Shown: positions 50,974 to 64,000 of the stretch, piece after piece
Position numbering within the stretch: position 1 is the stretch's first letter
How the letters are laid out: every line of letters starts with the position of its first letter
Assembly (NCBI GenBank): GCA_000320545.1
Contig: ADNK01000773.1
Coordinates: 1-64,000 of the forward strand
DNA length: 64,000 bases
Source of the DNA: Bigelowiella natans CCMP2755
Lineage: Eukaryota > Protista > Cercozoa
Direction: 5' to 3'
Notes under the pieces: model-generated
Database searches by the model: none
Seen by the model: the letters and a program-made list of their open reading frames with translations, nothing else
What the model was told of the DNA's origin: nothing
Position numbers and translations under genes: made by a program

Positions 50974-53400
50974 CAGAGGAAGAAGAAGAAGTAGTAGTAG
51001 CAGTAGTAGCAGAAAGAATGATGTTGTGCATATAGTGAGATGTGATACGATCGAGATATGATAACTTTTCCATGCTCAGTAGTAGATGAAGTAGCAACAA
51101 GCACTCCATGTTCTCAAGAATAATAATAATAATTAAAATAATAATAATCATCATCATATAGGCCAAGGAAGACCCCCAAGCCCTGGCTGCTACAAACACA
51201 CTAAGAGAGAGCGGCTAACAGCGTGTACTCATCAAGAGCGTAATGGTGCGCCATTATGATGAGGTGTCGTACCCTTTCCTTAGCAGCTTTCAGCATATTC
51301 TGCAATTCCACCAACGCTGTTGACAATTCCTAGTAGCAACACGAATTGACGAATCGATTCATATGGTGTGCGTGTTGGGGGGAGGGGGGGGGGGGGGGTT
51401 GAACACGTGACGGAGCTACCGTATCCTGTTTGATCTCAGCCTTATAACTGCTACCTCTCCCATGCTTGTTATTCTTATTTTCGTTGTTGTTGTTGTTGTC
51501 GTCGTTGTTGCAGTATCATCTACCTCTACATCTAAATCTACTTATGCATCACAGGCAATTGTGTTTATGATTATCATCATTATTATGATCATCATGAGCA
51601 GTTGTAGTAGTAGCAGCAGCAGTAGTAGTGGTAGTGGTAGTAGTAGTAGCAGTAGGACCTCTAGTGATAGGTTGTCTAGATTCTTCCTTCCACGGTCAGT
51701 CACAAGCTTGAGGCTGGGGGTCGGTTCAAGCGAGAACAGCTACGTGGCCGTTGGCGCATCATCATCATCATCATCATCATCAGCGTCATCGTCGTCGTCG
51801 TAGAGCAAGCAGTAGCAGCCGTAGTTGTTGCGGTAATAGAGGGGTAGAATAATAACAAGACACAATATTGTCAGCCGAGGAAAGAGGGAGATAATTTAAT
51901 TTAAAGGAAGAAAGAAAGAGATTTGAGAGGAGGAGGAGGAGGAGGAGGAGGGGGGAGGTCCTTTTTCTTATGGATGGCGGTTGGTTTATGAGTGGGAACT
52001 GCACGATGTTTGTGGTCGATGCTGCAGTGTGAGTAAGTAGTAACCTTGATGTCAAAGTTGGTTATTTCATTTCTCACTGCTCGCTCTATCTGTCTCTCGC
52101 TCTCGACGGAAGATCCTGATGTGCACACGATGCGGATGATGGAAGTACGAAATTAGCAATACTATTCCTGGCGCATAATTAGTGGCTTCGTTCTTAAAAA
52201 CAACATATCCATGATTTTCTAAGTAACCTCTGTCAAGAGGAGGCATATTTGAATATCTGCCACTTTGTGCACCTACTAGCATATTTATGCACTGCATCGG
52301 CTGCTGTTCAGAATATGGAAGGGGGAGGGAAGCTTGATGGGAGCAAGCTCTTTGCTTGATGACCACACCACGTTTTTATTTCTGTACGACTACATAGTTG
52401 CAAGAGTACGTTGCACTTAATGGAACCGTACCTCCTCGTCGTTCTGCCTTCGTCAAACCTTCGACGCCCAAGAATTTGCATCGGCTTGGGGTGCGGCTGT
52501 GCACAAAGATAGATCGTTGTCAGGTAAACTTCTTATTACACCTTTGGCATCTTACTAGATGATGAGTGGTGGTGGATATTGATCAAGGTCGTTGTTCGAC
52601 AGACCTCAATCTCTTCAGCCTGATCTTGATAGGCGCCCCCCCCCCGATATTGTACATTTGAAAACCTCCCGACAGCAATCGAGGCATATTATCCACCTCC
52701 TTTATGTCGAAACCGCCGCTAGGTATCAATGGTGGAGAGCCCGTATCCTCGGGAAGTAATGACCCATCTGTTTATTATCACAATAATTCATCCATCCGTC
52801 CTCAGACTACTCGTAAGATGATCGTCCATCCCAAGTGAATCATATCATGTACATGTAATTTTTGCAGCGACAACCTGAAAAGCCTGCATCCCGCAAGTGC
52901 TCCCGACGCTTGGCCTCAGAGCTTCTGTTAACAATAAACAAAATAATTAATTATTCTACATCTTATCTTCAGCCCTCCTTCTCCTCCCTCCTTACACCGC
53001 AGCAACGGAAAGAAAACGTGTTTGTGACTAACCTTGTTGTTCGACGTCCTCTTCCACCAACATTATCTGATATTCCAGATGATGTCCCAGCAGCACTTCC
53101 ATCCTTCTCGTCTGGATTCAACCAATCGTCATCCAATACCCCATCTCTTTCACCCTCAGTTCCGGGCAACAGCCGTCCTATCTTGCTGCTGTCATCAGCC
53201 ATAATCTCGGCGAGAATGTCTGCAGCAATTGAAATGCTGTTGTTAAAAGTGCCCTACTCTGTCTCATGAATGCGGAAAGTGATGTTGGGTATGTAAAAAG
53301 CCGGTTGAAAACAAATATACAAAGACGAAGTGTTCGGCAACAATTATACCATCCATGACTGCGAGATCCACAAGTAGTCCCCAGCTGGTGGATTATTTAT
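48768..53400 (-). CDS. Multi-exon hypothetical protein
   Basis: Exons ILAEIMADDSSKIGRLLPG, DGSLLPEDTGSPPLIPSGGFDIKE, ERQIERAVRNEITNFDIK, ELSTALVELQNMLKAAKE, GLWEAWDSYFK, PDPAFELPDLGPHYTLSEAEKQAFRQNF...LVP*. The 5' end is not resolved. Confidence 0.45.
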
Positions 53401-54274
53401 GTGCGGTGGCCTTATTGATCGTAAAAGATTGGTACCGACCTTTAAGTGTGAAACATCAAATTAGACCCAAACAGGTAAGGGAAAAAAGTTCAAAGGGATT
53501 CTAGCAGCTCAAATGATAAAAGCCGTGCAGTAATCAGTTTCGAGAGCTGAATAAATAAACGCCAGCAGCTCTCGGAAGCGGGGAGGGGGGCACTCAACGG
53601 ATCCATTACGTAATCATCGTAATCAAGACGAATTTAACATTCTGTCCAGGTTGCTGCATTGTGATCAGGATAAATTTTTCGAATTGAAAAGTCGGGGAGG
53701 GGGGGGGGAGGTAACCAACCTCCTCCGCGCTGGAAAGTGGCGCTAAAGACGAGCCAGCTTTCTCACGTATTCAGACAAATTATAGTCGATATTCCTCCGA
53801 TATATTGCGCTACATACATTTTCGGAATCGGATGTTCACCTTACGACTATCCGTGTGGTTTTCTCAGGTCACGATACTAAATAATCATAAACACTGGCAA
53901 AACTTCGGATTTGAATAAAGAAACCTCTCATATCGATAACGATATTGTTCACAATTTTGAACCCAACATCGAAGAAACATCTACTAAATATTGTCTTAAA
54001 ATTAGAATGAATTCTCGACAACACTTGAATAATTTTGAAAGCAGGGTCGACGTCACGAGTGCTTGTGTTTTTTAGGAGTAGCCGTAAATGCCTGTTTATC
54101 CTTGTCGCAGGATAAAAATACCTTGTATCTTAATTCAGAATCTCTTCCTGCACGTCAGCATCACGCATCTGGTGGGGGGTGGGCGGGGAGGAACGGAGGG
54201 CTGAAGATACTCGTTTCATGAGACTCATTATGCTATTATTGACATGTTGTTTAATAGATACGGTGTCATATCAG

Positions 54275-55827
54275 GTCGTGCCGGGTTATCCGTGATGGGA
54301 CAGGACTCATCTTCGATGCTGCCAATGTAAACGCTTTATTTATGCTAAACGCGATGGCATGCTTTAATGGCTGGATCGGATTAACACTAGCTTTTGCACA
54401 AAAATTGTCCATTGTCCTAATCGCAATGCCTGTCATAATGATTAACAGATGGCTGGACTCAGACGGAGGCCTAAAGCCAGAGACAACAGAAAAAATCCAG
54501 GAGGTATGCCATTGAGAACTCTGTTTTAATTGGTGAAGGTGAATCTGAGGAGTGTCTTGGCCATAATTTTCCAAAGCTATCTAAATCGGAAGACTCGGTT
54601 CTTGTACAACATCCACACTGGAAAGGGTCCTTCTCTATCGACGATATGACGTTTGAGGTATTGTAATTTTTATTGCGAGCCACCTTTGAAAACAAGTAAC
54701 ATTTCTAAATCCAAGATGAATTAGGTCGAGTTGCAGCAGTGCTATTTTAGCACATAACACTAATATCACTCATCGAAATTGATACTACTAAACAGGACCT
54801 GCAAGCAATCTCAATTGCTTGTCTCGAAAATGATTCGGATCTGAAGGGACTGTACGATAAGCTGGTTCCTGGCATCGTATCGCAGACAACCTTTTGGACG
54901 TCATACCTCTCGCATGTTGAGTATTTCCTCAAGATTGACCAGGAAGGGGAGGCCGGAGGGAGAGAGTCAGATGCAAACCTGGAGACCGCTGAGATAATAC
55001 TGTCGGAGGACAAAGAAAAAGAAAATGATGAAAATTCGCACAGCAGCAGCAATGAAAAGAAGAACAGCAATTTGAAAGCTGGTGTTGCTACTACTACTAC
55101 TGCTACTACTACTACTAGCATCACCTCCTTGGGTAGCGGCATCAGAAAAGAGGAGATCGCAAGAAGGGAAAGCTCCGTCACTTCTTCTTCGGGTTCCTTG
55201 CCTTCGGGTGATAAATTGCAGTTAGGTGTGACTGCAGCAGCCAATGTTCTTGGTGATGCAAAACTGGCTGCTACTACAACTGCATCAACTAATCATAAGC
55301 TTGGATCGGCGACAGCCCCAGCTGTTCCTACTAGTGGTGGTGCTGTGAATATGGACTCGATGGTGGACAGGATGATTGCTGATAGGTATTAAAGGCGAAA
55401 TAGTTAGATATACCTTCGAAGAAGAGAAAAAAGCATTATCCAGGCCTACGCCGCAAAGTGTGTGTGCTTATGAATTGAGACTTTGCAATCTTTAGGTTGG
55501 AGAGGAAAGCGTTAGAAGGAGCGGAGAAAGTTAAGCGGAAATGGAGGACGAACGATATACCAGCAAAATACATTAGATCAGAGACAGTAACCCAGACGAT
55601 TGTCTATTGCCCAGGTAACATTTTTCACTGCACTGTAAGATACTGCTCTTTTTCTTTGACTAAGCAGAGAATGAGTATTTTCTTCTCACACTTTGTTCTC
55701 TCTTCTGCGTGATAGTGAGAGCTACGTCTGGTTGGATATGCGTGTGGCGCGCTGGTGTTCATGTACGTGTCGCCCCAGACATAGAAGGTATGTATATATG
55801 TAGTGTGATTATTCATTGTTGGTGCTA

Positions 55828-55873
<46 letters not shown>

Positions 55874-57145
55874 CCATACATATGTGCTGCATCGGTTTGT
55901 AGCTCCGACCGTGGCATCGATACCGTACGGGGAGGCCATTGCTGCAATCCAAGAGTACTTACAATAACAAAGACACTGAAAATGAAGGAGATTAAGACAT
56001 TCCAATATTTGGTGAAGAGATACTCTCGAAACAGAACTTTGAGATTGCTGTTCGGAACAGAAAATAGCGATGGTTTCGTCCTGCGACATGGTTATTATAT
56101 GGCGTTGCCCCGGCAGAAAACCATCACTATTTTCGCGTTGGGCTCCGCAGTCCTTGCCACTTCCCCCTTTCTTTCTTTCACCCTTCCTTCCTTCCTTCCT
56201 TCCTTCCCCCCAATGGCGTACTTCATACGAATCCATTCTCATTCACTGTATCTCAAAAAGGCATGGATCTTGGGTACAACATAGACTCGGCTGGTCGTGC
56301 ACAAGGATAGGTAATACTTTCGGCTGGTTCTCAACAATCTTGAGACTTTCTTTGGGATGCTATGACGAATTATTACCCACTCTAGGAAATTTCACGCTAT
56401 TGGATGAGATCCCGGAGGTCTCCACTCCATACGGTAATTGATATGATACGATGCATGTTCGACTATTCTCTATTGGGCGACTGCATGTGCGATGTGCGTC
56501 AGTGAATGTGTGTGTGTGTGTGTGCCCGCTCATACACCCGTAATCATATTCTCCACTGCTGGTACTTCTTCACACACAACTTGTACAATTCTAAGGGCCA
56601 GGCTTCCTCTGCCATAACGAAAGCACTGGAATATCAAAAGTCCTCCTTGGAGCGTTCGGGGCCGAATGCTATATCCGGCAGAATTACGTATTGCCAACTA
56701 CACCAAAAACTTGGAGATGATACATCCTCCCTGACCCACGCCAAACGCTTTCTCAGGTCAAGTTACGATCTAAGCCAGTGGAAAAAACTATTCCAAATGG
56801 GACTCTTCCTACCAACGCCCATGATATCTCCAAATTGATGCATAATGCAAAGGCAGACGGTACCGCGAGACAGTTCTTGGTGAGCTACACAGCATTATTT
56901 AGCCATTAGTGTTTGTTCGTAATTCTCAATCAATACCCTTCTCTTCCTAGAGCGATGAAGATGAGGAAGAAGATATGCCACACACTGGTTTAGTCATCGG
57001 ACTGTTGCAGGTGAATTTCTATCTCATCAGTGAGCCGTCATATAAATGATAAACACTTTCATTTTATATTTGTGCGAAGACTGTCGGGGTTATGGATGGA
57101 GACTACGGAGAAGAGGATGAAGATGAGGGTGAAAGTTATGAGTAG
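54275..57145 (+). CDS. BSD-domain-containing protein, multi-exon
   Basis: SFSIDDMTFE|DLQAISIACLENDSDLKGLYDKLVPGIVSQTTFWTSYLSHV matches the BSD core (LVP...FW..Y). Acidic last exon GEEDEDEGESYE*. The start is uncertain. Confidence 0.65.
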
Positions 57146-58449
57146 AATAGTAGCAAAGGGATTATTCTCGAATTAGAATCGGCATGATGGACTGCATGGT
57201 GTAGCATCATCGAGGATAGATCCAAAATATTACGTATTATCGTTCACGTTTGCTTCTTTTTCGAGCTCGACAGTACTGCACAAGCCTAGACGCACGCAAG
57301 TACGATACATACTTGAAACATATGGTACAATTCGTACGCGAACCACAGCGTTTGCACACAACTGCTAAGCACACGCATGCACATTATCATCATGCTATGC
57401 AAGCGTTAGCATGCTTGGACAACAATCTTACATTAAAAAGTGAGGCGAGTAGGCTGCAATAATGCCAAACATTCTTTGCGCCTGTGCTGACAGTGAGAGC
57501 TATACATGTGTGCGTACGTGCATGATCGAATCTACGTATATACGTACTATAGCACATGTATAAACGTAACATGTGTCTATTATATGTGCATGACTTAGCA
57601 TATCTAGATATGCTAGCTAGCTAGGCTCATTTGACAAATAAAATCTGGCATATTCGCTGTAGCAAATAGAGAGTAGCGTAGAGAGGTCCGAGCCAGCACT
57701 GCGGTACAAGTTCGTACACTTGGTGACCGACTGGTGGATTGAGTCAATCTAGCAATGCCTAGCTAATCTTTGTATAAATGTCATTTTCTACGCTATGTGA
57801 TGTGCGGTATGCATGATTTTTTTAATATAGTTTGCGAAGCTTGACAGATTGAAGCACACTAAATGTAAACACACGGTGTAGATCATTTGCTTTCTTGCCC
57901 ATTGCACACCACACATCAACGCTGCTTGAGTAATCAGCTCGTCACGTACTGCCACGCACAGTGATGCGCGACGACGAAACGAAACGATTGACTAAGCTTG
58001 CGATGAGAAGGAAACACGCACTGCTGCGCGAAATGCGCGCCATTCAAGACCGAAACAACATGCATTTGATATTGCATGAAACACATCATACACGGAGACC
58101 AACAGATTCAACATTAGCGCTGTAGCCGCATATGAGGATGACCATTGAGCAAATCCAATTTGATTCATTATATCCGTCTTACAGTGTAGCTATATGGCGA
58201 TTGTGCTACTGTCATACATATATGCACACATGTGCACACAACATATATGCATTGTGTCTAGTATACAATTCTAGCAGACAACCGCACTGCACCGCACGAT
58301 GTGAAAGGAGAATGTAGTTGATGCTGCCCAGCCACTCTCTTGCTGATTTCCGTGTGCTTATACACACACACAGATACACACATCCACCCACACACACACA
58401 CACACACACATATATTTACATATAATATAATGCGTCCTATGTTCCTCGT

Positions 58450-59567
58450 TCACATTGTTGGGCAATAATTTAGGAGATTGTTACCGTACTTTACGAGCTT
58501 TGACGGCACTCGAGACCACCCAACTGCCGTCGACGACGAGTTGACCTCGTCATCCAGAGCATCGATTTGCGGAATCCAATTGAGCAGCACATTGACAGTG
58601 TGCCCCCCAGGCGTATACTGTCGGCGTTTATCCGGATCACGTATTTGGTTCTTTTCTGACCGAAAATCGTCAACTATTCCCACAAAGGGACAAGCATCAA
58701 GGGATTCAAGGTAGTCAACATCTTCCGAATCATCAGTGCATTTCATGAAGACGATTGGAGTTTCCTCTGCACGTCGCCCTGCTCGAGTATCAACTAATTC
58801 TCGAAATTCGGTGAGAGAACGGTCGTTAGGAGTGCCATCTGTTGCTATTACGATAACCTTTTTTGACCCTTCTTTGTGATCAACAAGAACTTCCTTCAGT
58901 CGCGTGTAAAGGGGCGTCGATCCATTGGGATCATCATTGAAGTATCTTCGCACTTTGGTATGATGAGCACATTTCGTGCATGAGGACGATTAAGTCCAAT
59001 AAGGTCGACACCGTTCTCGTCAAAGCACTGTGCTAATTCAACAGCAACTTCCAAATAATATTTGAGTTCGTCCCACCTCCGAATGACGGAGAGCCCTGTT
59101 TTGGCTTTGATGCGCCTTGCTTCTTTCTTTGGGATCGAATGCTTCTTCAACTCCATTCCCATGGAACCACTATCATCAATAATGAAAATTATATCGCGAC
59201 CTGAAAGCTTGTGTAGATGCTCTGAGAGGTAGAAAGGAATCTCATTTTTGCGAACGAATTCCTGCAATTTTGTTAACTTGTCGCGGGAGGTCAGGCTCTT
59301 CTCTTCAGGATTGAAATGAGGATATAGATCGAGTAGCTTCGATGGTGAAACGTCATTTTTGGTATCTTCGTCAAGAAGTTGAAGAGGGGGCGCACTAGGG
59401 AGAAGGGTAGTGCATGACGTCCCCGTTCTCATTTCCTGCCGTCTTCGCTCTCCTTTGATTTTTTTGTTGCGTGACTCTCTGCTGCCACTGGCGTCGAATG
59501 CTACATCTGCAAAGTATCTTTTCCGGCTCTTCGGTGCTTGTATCGACCCTGCCGGCAATTCCATCAT
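58450..59567 (-). pseudogene. von Willebrand factor A domain gene split by a 1-nt frameshift near 58965
   Basis: First ORF: FIIDDSGSM (MIDAS), RRWDELK, FDENGVDLIGLNR. Second frame continues DPNGSTPL, IVIATDGTP, KCTDDSEDVDYLESLD, VDDFRSE, IDALDDE. Confidence 0.75.
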
Positions 59568-59978
59568 GGGTTTTATCGATCTGAAACCTTGGGGGGAGAG
59601 GCAGGCTAACAAGAATCGTCGTCGAAGATTGTTCTTTGAGCATACAAGCACACACATAATATGTGTATTCACCTAAATTTAACCAAGGGCTCTTTTCTGT
59701 TCATCCAATAATAACCCAATAATTTCACCTAAAATGGACCTGATTCTCATTCTAATTGTGGAGAGGAGGAAGCTGCTGACTAAGCCAGTCTGACCTGAGT
59801 GACTTTAGGCGAAATCAAAGGGGATTACGAGTGTGGACTTTCAGGCAATTCTCGGCCGTAGTTCTTCCGATGTATTGATCGGAGGATATCAGCAACAGAA
59901 ACAACAATGATCAGTGCTGTTGCTCCAGCCCACGAGCTCGAGGCTCAAAGGGCACATAAAAATCGCGATACGAACTAA

Positions 59979-61760
59979 ATGGACAGACTACAGCAGCTCT
60001 TAACAATCATCCATGCTTCCAAGCGTTGGCGCGATGCAGCACATTGTGAAGCTTTACCTCACGAGCATTCCCATGATTTTAACGCGCACAACACTATTTC
60101 GGAGATTTCAAAGATGCTATATCGCAAGGGTCTTCTGTTTGTAACAAGCTTATATGATTTTATTGCCTAAACACTTACCAAAAGGTTCGTCGCGAATAAA
60201 ACAGCGAAGATCCAGGAAGGTGTGTAGCGGACAGACAAGTACAGAAAGAAGACACCAAATGACACATTCTTACTCGGAATTTAATAATCTTCCCCTCAGC
60301 GCAAGAACGTCACTACGTCGAAGCTAGTATGTCCACAGTGTAGTCGTCCTTCATTCTCATCGGTAGGGGTCGAAAGTAGGATGATGAGCGAGAAGAGAAC
60401 ACAACGTCAGGTGCAATACTTTCAACATCTCTGTGCTTTCTTTAACTATCAGCTGCAAGCGCTCCGAGGCCACATGATGGTCATTCATGAAGGTAGGAAC
60501 ATTGCACTTCTATGTCTTTTGCCCTTAAGAAAGCAGAATCTGATGATTTGTGATGATGAGCAGGGCAAAGGCTCTATCAGTGCGAAGTGTGTGCACGAAA
60601 ATTCTCCCAAAAAATTGCCAAAAGTAAAGATTCTTCGCAGAGATTGAAAAACAGCTATAAATATTAATTGCTTGCTATTGTCTTTCCCGGGTCCCTCATT
60701 GCATCTTTGTAGACAATCACCTCTTATGTCACATGGGGGTACGGAACTTCTCATGCTCGTATTGCCCAAGGCGCTTTCGAACAAAGTAGTGAATCCGACA
60801 CCACGATACAACAAAAAATAACAGCATTAGGAATCCGATACCACGATACAACAAAAGATAACAGCATTAGAATTTCAAACCAGGAAAGCTACAATGGTCT
60901 TTCCCATCAAGAATGTAACAACAAGTGAAATTTATCACGTAGGCATGGCGCTAACATACACATGATGCTGCACACCAATAAGAAGCCATTCGAATGTGCT
61001 ATTTGTAACCACAGCTTCACAAGACTACAGGTAGTTCAACCATACGTCGTCCCAATACTTGTCATTCATATGGTCGCTTGCCGTCTAAGATCGAAGTTTA
61101 TCTTTAGGCGCTATCAAAGCACAACTTGACTCATTTTCCATCCGAAAAACCGTACAATTGCAGCGAATGTAAGAAGCATAGTTATAGCAGCCTTGAAATT
61201 TTCAATTCATATTTTCTCTGCTTCAAGACACCTAAATTGATGACGTCGATCTCTTCTTCTTTACCCATGCAACCAAGGTGGTACACGCTTTCAGCATTTG
61301 TACAATCTCCGGCTTCATCTTCGAATACACACGGTGATAATAATAATAATAATAATAATAATGAAGTCGCCATAAAACAGATTCTGCATCATGTGTTAAA
61401 CTTTTAGTTGCAGTAGCCTCACAAAGAACAGCTTATGTTTACGTTTCTGCGTGTTAGATCTGCTGGTACTACTCTACTTATATAAGCAAACATACTTGCG
61501 TGCATCTATGAAGGGCGAGCGTCCATATTTGTGCCCTTACTCAAGCTGTGGATTCCAGTCTTTTAGGTGGTGTGCGTATGCAGATTACACTAGTGCTGCT
61601 GATGCTGCTGCTTTGTATAGTGAAAAAGAGAGTGTGCAGGATTGTGTGTAGAGAAGGGAAACAAATGTTGTTTTAAAGTTCAGCGGGGAGTATGATGTAC
61701 ATGTTTAGTTTTAACTATATTGCAGTGAATAGAAATGTATCTCTTTTTCTCAATACGTGT

Positions 61761-61815
<55 letters not shown>

Positions 61816-61826
61816 CAAATGTATGC

Positions 61827-61865
<39 letters not shown>

Positions 61866-62112
61866 GTGTGTGTGTGTGTGTGTGTGTGTGCGTGCGCGTG
61901 TTTTAATTTGTTGGTTCCTTCTATTTGTGTAAATTGTATTTTTTGTACTTTTTGCATTAAAAGAGAGAGCATCCAAGCATCTGTTATTTATTCGCACGTA
62001 TACAAAAAGTAAAGAAAGGTGCATTTATTATTCTTGCCATTTTGCTTGTAGAGATCCCAGTAATTTCCGTAAGCACATGGCTTCCCATGCTGCACAGGGC
62101 ATGGAGTTTTGA
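59979..62112 (+). CDS. C2H2 zinc-finger protein, multi-exon
   Basis: CPQCSRPSFSS|LQALRGHMMVIHE; NHLLCHMGVRNFSCSYCPRRFRTK; HMMLHTNKKPFECAICNHSFTRLQ|ALSKHNLTHFPSEKPYNCSECKK; GERPYLCPYSSCGFQSFR|DPSNFRKHMASH...MEF*. Confidence 0.85.
60791..60870. repeat. 40-bp tandem duplication (2 mismatches) in an intron
   Basis: gaatccgacaccacgatacaacaaaaaataacagcattag / gaatccgataccacgatacaacaaaagataacagcattag. Confidence 0.9.
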
Positions 62113-62332
62113 ATTCGCGGCAAGATGGTTTAATATAGAAAGGCTAGCGAAAAAATAGGATAGCACATCAACGGCAAATGACTCTTAACGTGGTGCAGTA
62201 TGCTACAAAAAGAGACTGAAAGAAGATGATCGAATGTATCGATCATGAGCCAACAATCTTAGCTGCTTTAAGAAGGAATTATCACCAGAAAAAGGCGTCT
62301 TCAGGCAGTAATCATAATGTGGAAGCGCCACC

Positions 62333-63170
62333 ATGATTGAAGCAAGAATGTGTGACCAAATTCAATCAGGGTGTTTTTCTTTATCATTTGTAGTAGTATT
62401 GTCGAAATTGTGCAGCAGTATTGGTATTCCAGGCTGATAAACGTGAAATAGAGGTATTTACCATAATTCATTGTGAAATTTCCATGCTGAATCTTGCAGC
62501 TTGCAGGTCTCTCGTAGTGCGCAGGTGGTGACTCATCCACTAGATCACCGTAACTTCTCAATGCGTGCTGATCTAAAGCTAAACGTCGCATTCGGCCGTA
62601 ACACAAAAGTACAACATGCTAATTACTGTATATCGCTCTTCGTCGTGCATAAACTCAATCAGGTTATGCCTCATATACATGGCTGATATTTACGTTAATA
62701 TTTAGGTGACACAAACGTATCTGCTACATATCTTGTGCATTGTGCACGTGCATTGAATCTTAGGAGGGTTGCAACCAAGGTTGGCACAGGCAAAATTTTA
62801 CTCAGTCCCTGCATTTTGGAATATGATTGCCAGCTGGAACACGGGTCAATGCTGTAGCAGCTTCGTCGGCAGCAAACTACAACGGAAAAAGATAAGCACC
62901 TGAATAGCAATCTGAGTGCATCTGGAGGGCCAGCACTTTATGCGCCTGCATTTGGAGGGTGGAAATGAACACGCCATTATTTCTGGAGAAACTGCGCTCA
63001 CGGCGGATGATGCGTTCAGCAGTGTGTTGACGTACAAAGTGCAAGTAAGATGCAGCTATGGGTTCTTAGGTGTATATGGCGCAATACACAACCTGAGCTA
63101 TAAGCTAGACGAGGTTCAGACAAATGCTGCGCTGTTCATGGACGGTGGTAGGCATGGAAGTTGGAAGTAA
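62333..63170 (+). CDS. Possible small multi-exon hypothetical gene
   Basis: Kozak-like ccaccATG at 62333 and protein-like segments (HLEGQHFMRLHLEGGNEHAIISGETALTADDAFSSVLTYK). No family recognised. Confidence 0.3.
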
Positions 63171-63708
63171 CGCAATAATAACGAATATGCCCGCCAAAGA
63201 GATGAATGGCACATACACACAATTGTCACGCGTGTCACAAATCCCAAGTCATCAACTCTTATAAAAAATAAGACATGCGCGTCTAGCCGACGTCTTCCGC
63301 GTAGCCTCTGCACCAGCGCTGCTGCCTGCTATGCTGCAATATCGTACATACTGTACGTCCAAAACCCACGCTGTTTAAGCCGACAACTAGGACCACTATG
63401 CAAAAATGATGCTGTCTTCTAGCCCTTATTACATCCTACATTTCGTATGATACTTAGAAAATTTTACAGAGGCATGCCAACGAGTTTTAATGGAACACAA
63501 TGTCATTATATCCATAATTGCATCGTGTATGCACGCAAACAGCGACTCACTGCGGTACAAAGTCAATGTTATGGCTACAAACAGATCGATCAACGTGTGC
63601 CGTGCAGTGCTCAGTAATAACTCGTTTTCATGTACTCTTACGTTTTCGTTAATTGTAGTGCATTGTCACAGTTAATGAATGACTGTTTCAGTATACGGGT
63701 GTAGATTT

Positions 63709-64000
63709 CTAATCAGACTCGAAAATGTTGATGTTCAGTTTCTTCACGACTCCTGAGACAGCGGCTCCAATCTTTCCGCGCCTTCTTTGAGAGAGAATGG
63801 GGTGCATCTTATCCAACTGTAATAAAGATACCAAAGCGACTCAGTCAGTTTATGCTGAAGGAGGTGAACAAGATTGACAGAAGCTAACCTGCCGCTTGCA
63901 CTCAATTGCTTCATGTTCATTTGGTAGCTTAAATTGCTTCGGTTTTTGCTCTTTGGACTATGGGTGGAATAGGAATAAAAAGAGGGATAATAATTGGATA
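63709..64000 (-). CDS. 3' end of a gene entering from the right edge
   Basis: Spliced exons SKEQKPKQFKLPNEHEAIECKRQ|LDKMHPILSQRRRGKIGAAVSGVVKKLNINIFESD*. Confidence 0.55.

Noticed and set aside
58953-58970. 18-nt GT...AG segment (GTGCTCATCATACCAAAG, minus strand) of nucleomorph-intron size at the vWA frameshift
   Set aside because: 18 is a multiple of 3, so removal does not repair the frame. The window is also nuclear-type DNA.
1-64000. tRNA, rRNA or snRNA genes
   Set aside because: None were recognised by eye. A covariance-model scan would be needed to exclude small RNAs.

Overview
Eukaryotic nuclear DNA from an alga with a secondary plastid. At least three genes (rpl17, a DUF1517/FLAP1 homologue, a coiled-coil protein) carry signal-peptide plus transit-peptide leaders. 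Intron density and microsatellite-filled introns suggest a chlorarachniophyte-like host (inference). About 16 protein genes are recognisable, mostly spliced and largely missed by the ORF track. They include a tandem Frag1/DRAM-like membrane protein, DUF1517, Hsp110, a SprT-like protease, plastid rpl17, an NDUFAF7-family methyltransferase, a lipocalin-like protein, an ankyrin TRPV-like channel, a BSD protein, a frameshifted vWA gene and a C2H2 zinc-finger protein. The 5' end of a young LTR retrotransposon (LTR, PBS, open gag) occupies 1-1322. The most striking signal is not a gene. Intergenic tracts downstream of gene 3' ends have lost almost all TpA dinucleotides, apparently to TpG/CpA, except in CTAG, which accumulates. 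Coding relics in these tracts read as Tyr->Cys/His converted. Exons, introns, divergent promoters and the young retroelement are spared. This looks like a targeted, context-specific, 'inverse-RIP' mutational or epigenetic system. Counts are by hand and exon structures are manual predictions.
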